From an uncultured Thermodesulfobacteriota bacterium (GTDB lineage: Bacteria; Desulfobacterota; B13-G15): a stretch of DNA of 64,000 nucleotides. A program made the translations under genes and the position numbers. Below are positions 61,361 to 64,000 of the stretch, one piece after another. The notes below the pieces were generated by a model that saw only the letters and a list, made by a program, of their open reading frames with translations, ran no database searches and was not told the origin of the DNA. The stretch is taken from positions 50,062 through 114,061 of the forward strand of contig CAZIZI010000001.1 in the NCBI GenBank assembly GCA_964543765.1. Reading direction: 5' to 3'. The first letter of the stretch is position 1, and the number at the start of each line of letters is the position of its first letter.

Positions 61361-62317
61361 ATGAGGCCCAAAGTCCTCTTGGTAGTGGGGCCTACTGCCA
61401 CTGGTAAAAGTGAGCTTGGGATTGAGTTGGCCAAACGTTTCGGAGGAGAGATCGTAAGCGCTGATTCTATGCAAGTTTACCGTTTGATGGACATAGGCAC
61501 CGCTAAGCCTTCCCCTCAGGTCCTTAAAGAGGTACCTCATCATATGATTGACCTTCTTTGGCCCGATGAGACTTTTAGCGCCGGTCTTTTTAGAAAGATG
61601 GGCCGAGAGGCAATCGAGGAGATCATTAAAAGGGGCAAACTCCCAATTGTGGTTGGTGGAACGGGGCTTTATATTAAAGCCTTAACCGAGGGACTTATCG
61701 AAGGCCTTGAGGGCCAAAGGGAACTGCGGGAGAGGCTTTTGCAAAAGGCTTCTTCTCTAGGTAAACATGCGTTATGGGAAGAACTAAAGAAAGTAGATCC
61801 CGAATCCGCCTCTCGAGTGCATCCCCATGATCTTTACCGGGTAATAAGGGCTCTGGAGATATATCACCTTACGGGTCTTCCGCCTTCAAAACTGAGGGAA
61901 AGCCATAGTTTCAGAGACCGACCCTATGACCTTCTGAAGATCGGCCTTAAAAAATCCAAGGAGGAACTTTTGAAAAGAATCGAGGAGAGAGTAAAGGAGA
62001 TGATAAAAAGGGGGCTTGTAGAGGAGGTAAGGGAACTTCTACATAGAGGTTATGGGCCTGAATTGTCCTCTATGAAGGCTATAGGTTACAAGGAAATGAT
62101 CTTATACTTAAAAGGGGAGATAGGGCTTGAGGAGGCCATAAGGCTTATTGTGAAAAACACCTGGCAATTGGCAAGACGGCAGATGATATGGTTTAAAAGG
62201 GATAAAGAGATCAAGTGGTTTGAATATCCCGAAGAAAAAAGGAAGATTTTCAGCTTGATCGAGGAATTTTTAAAGAGGGAGAGGTCCAATGGAGGAGAAG
62301 CAGAAGAAGCCCGTTAA
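61361..62317 (+). CDS. miaA: tRNA dimethylallyltransferase
   Basis: GPTATGKS, SADSMQVY, DIGTAKP, VGGTGLY, ARRQMIWF. Confidence 0.96.
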   Translation: MRPKVLLVVGPTATGKSELGIELAKRFGGEIVSADSMQVYRLMDIGTAKPSPQVLKEVPHHMIDLLWPDETFSAGLFRKMGREAIEEIIKRGKLPIVVGGTGLYIKALTEGLIEGLEGQRELRERLLQKASSLGKHALWEELKKVDPESASRVHPHDLYRVIRALEIYHLTGLPPSKLRESHSFRDRPYDLLKIGLKKSKEELLKRIEERVKEMIKRGLVEEVRELLHRGYGPELSSMKAIGYKEMILYLKGEIGLEEAIRLIVKNTWQLARRQMIWFKRDKEIKWFEYPEEKRKIFSLIEEFLKRERSNGGEAEEAR

Positions 62318-62513
62318 ACTTCAAGAGGCCTTTTTGAATCGGATGAGAAAAGAGAAGATATGGATATGTGTGAGCCTTACATCAGGAGAGAAGCTCTTCG
62401 GCTACATAGTTGGTTTCGATAATTATTGTCTCCATTTAAAAGGCTACGGAGAGGAGGAACATTTGGTTTACAAACACGCCATATCCGCCATTTCTCCGCA
62501 AAAAGGTCCATAA
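62289..62513 (+). CDS. hfq: RNA chaperone Hfq (divergent)
   Basis: LQEAFLN, GFDNY, LVYKHAIS; directly downstream of miaA. Confidence 0.88.
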   Translation: MEEKQKKPVKLQEAFLNRMRKEKIWICVSLTSGEKLFGYIVGFDNYCLHLKGYGEEEHLVYKHAISAISPQKGP

Positions 62514-63028
62514 TGGCCGAGTTGAAGAGGATAATAGAAGCTTTGTTATTTACTACCTCCGAGCCTCTTTCCCTCAAGGCCATTTCACAGCTTCTGCCAG
62601 AATGGTCGATAGAGGAACTGAAGAAAGCGCTTTTTGAATTGGTTGAGGAATGGAGAAGGTTGAACTTATCCTTTGGTCTCCAAGAAGTAGGGGGAGGCTA
62701 CCAATTCCGGACCTTTCCGGAATATTCCACCTGGATAAGGAGGTTAAAAAAGGTTGTGCCCATCAAATTATCTCAAGCAGCCCTTGAGACGCTTGCCATT
62801 GTAGCCTGGAAGCAACCGATTTCCCGGGGTGAGATCGAGGAGATCCGAGGTGTAGATTCGGGGCATGTGCTCGGGGTTTTGCTTGAAAAGGGGTTGATAA
62901 AACCGGTGGGAAGAAAAGAGGCTCCTGGTCGACCACTACTTTACGGAACGACCGAGAAGTTTTTGGAAGTTTTTGGGTTAAGCTCTCTTAAAGATCTTCC
63001 TTCCTTAAAAGAGTTGGAAAACCTATAA
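62513..63028 (+). CDS. scpB: SMC segregation and condensation protein B
   Basis: IIEALLF, GGYQFRT, LSQAALETLAIVA, QPISR, PGRPLLYGTT...FGL; start reassigned to 62513. Confidence 0.93.
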   Translation: MAELKRIIEALLFTTSEPLSLKAISQLLPEWSIEELKKALFELVEEWRRLNLSFGLQEVGGGYQFRTFPEYSTWIRRLKKVVPIKLSQAALETLAIVAWKQPISRGEIEEIRGVDSGHVLGVLLEKGLIKPVGRKEAPGRPLLYGTTEKFLEVFGLSSLKDLPSLKELENL

Positions 63029-63033
63029 GAAAA

Positions 63034-63759
63034 ATGGCCGAAGAACGTCTGCAAAAGATTCTCAGAAATCATGGGATATGCTCCAGGAGGAAGGCCGAAG
63101 AGTTGATAAAGGCAGGAAGGGTTAAAGTGAACGGTGAACCCGCTTATTTGGGCCAGAAGGTGGATCCCCAAAGGGATGAGATCTTGGTGGACGGCAAACC
63201 TCTTCCCCCACCTCCCCAAAAGGTCTATTACCTTTTCCATAAACCCCGTTATGTGATAAGCTCACTCAAGGATCCACAAGGGAGGCCTACCATATTAGAA
63301 TTTTTAAAAGGCATAAAGGAGAGGGTTTTTCCAGTTGGAAGGCTCGATTGGGACTCAGAAGGACTTATGCTTTTGACAAATGATGGAGAACTGGCCAATA
63401 AACTCCTTCATCCTCGTTATGGGTTAAAAAGGGTATACTTGGTCAAGGTAAAGGGAATTCCCAAAGAAGAAGACCTGGCAAAATTGAGAGAAGGCGGGAT
63501 TCCCCTTGAAGATGGGCCAAGCCCCAAAATGGAAATTAAGCTATTAAAACGAGGAAGAAGTTCTTGTTGGCTTAAAATAGGTCTTTTTGAAGGCAGAAAG
63601 AGGATAATAAGGAGAAGCCTTTTGGCTTTGGGATATGCGGTGAAAAGGCTTAAAAGAATAGCTTTTGGCCCTTTAAGGCTTAAGGGGCTCGAGCCCGGGA
63701 AATGGCGTCCCTTAAGCGCCGAGGAGATTAAGGAGCTTAAAAAGTGGACTACAAGGTAA
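63034..63759 (+). CDS. rluB: Ribosomal large subunit pseudouridine synthase (RluB-like)
   Basis: S4 domain ERLQK...SRRKAE, HKP, PVGRLDWDSEGL, EGRKR; follows scpB. Confidence 0.88.
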   Translation: MAEERLQKILRNHGICSRRKAEELIKAGRVKVNGEPAYLGQKVDPQRDEILVDGKPLPPPPQKVYYLFHKPRYVISSLKDPQGRPTILEFLKGIKERVFPVGRLDWDSEGLMLLTNDGELANKLLHPRYGLKRVYLVKVKGIPKEEDLAKLREGGIPLEDGPSPKMEIKLLKRGRSSCWLKIGLFEGRKRIIRRSLLALGYAVKRLKRIAFGPLRLKGLEPGKWRPLSAEEIKELKKWTTR

Positions 63760-64000
63760 ATTTGGAGTGGCGACGAGATCTCTTCCATATGGCAAGCGTC
63801 GCCATTCCGTTAGGTTATTTGTTGTTTCCCAAAGAAGTGGTGCTTTGGGGTATAGTTCTCGCTTCAGTCGTTTATGTGGGTAGCGATCTTTTGAGGCTTC
63901 TTCACAAGGGTTTTGCCCGTTTCTTTTATAAAATCGTGGGAGATTTAGTCAAAAGGCGGGAGCGGAAAAACCTAATAGGTTCAAGTTACTTTTTAATAGG
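63744..64000 (+). CDS. Membrane protein, polyprenol/dolichol kinase-like (CTP-dependent), 3'-truncated by window edge
   Basis: Not in ORF track. AGGAG + GTG at 63744: MDYKVNLEWRRDLFHMASVAIPLGYLLF...DLLRL...KRRERKNLIGSSYFLI, open to the window end. Confidence 0.6.
   Translation, partial: MDYKVNLEWRRDLFHMASVAIPLGYLLFPKEVVLWGIVLASVVYVGSDLLRLLHKGFARFFYKIVGDLVKRRERKNLIGSSYFLI

Overview
Chromosomal window from a compact, selenoprotein-encoding anaerobic bacterium. Gene content and E/K-rich proteins suggest a thermophilic Desulfobacterota/deltaproteobacterial lineage (inference). About 45 kb are intact housekeeping genes: glmU-glmS-pcrA, galE-dgt, mltG, yqgF, purB, recR, mreBCD-mrdA-rodA, ssb, a four-subunit pyruvate/2-oxoacid:ferredoxin oxidoreductase, nfo, PMM/PGM, recN, nadK, miaA-hfq-scpB-rluB. 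The main structure the ORF track misses is a set of seven decayed accessory genes, with about 20 lesions by manual reading: an ArsR regulator, an ABC-2 permease, a Tat-exported split-Soret-like cytochrome c, both subunits of a periplasmic [NiFe] hydrogenase, a PAS histidine kinase and an SDR. Between the broken cytochrome and the broken hydrogenase lies an intact selenocysteine formate dehydrogenase (in-frame UGA at 7296-7298 with a SECIS hairpin). Other notable signals are a candidate Rex operator, several promoters placed to give leaderless mRNAs, an Hfq with a degenerate distal face, and many convergent genes with overlapping 3' ends. I saw no CRISPR array, rRNA, tRNA, transposase, integrase or phage gene. 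I cannot claim a clearly novel system; the best lead is selective loss of H2 oxidation with retention of formate oxidation.
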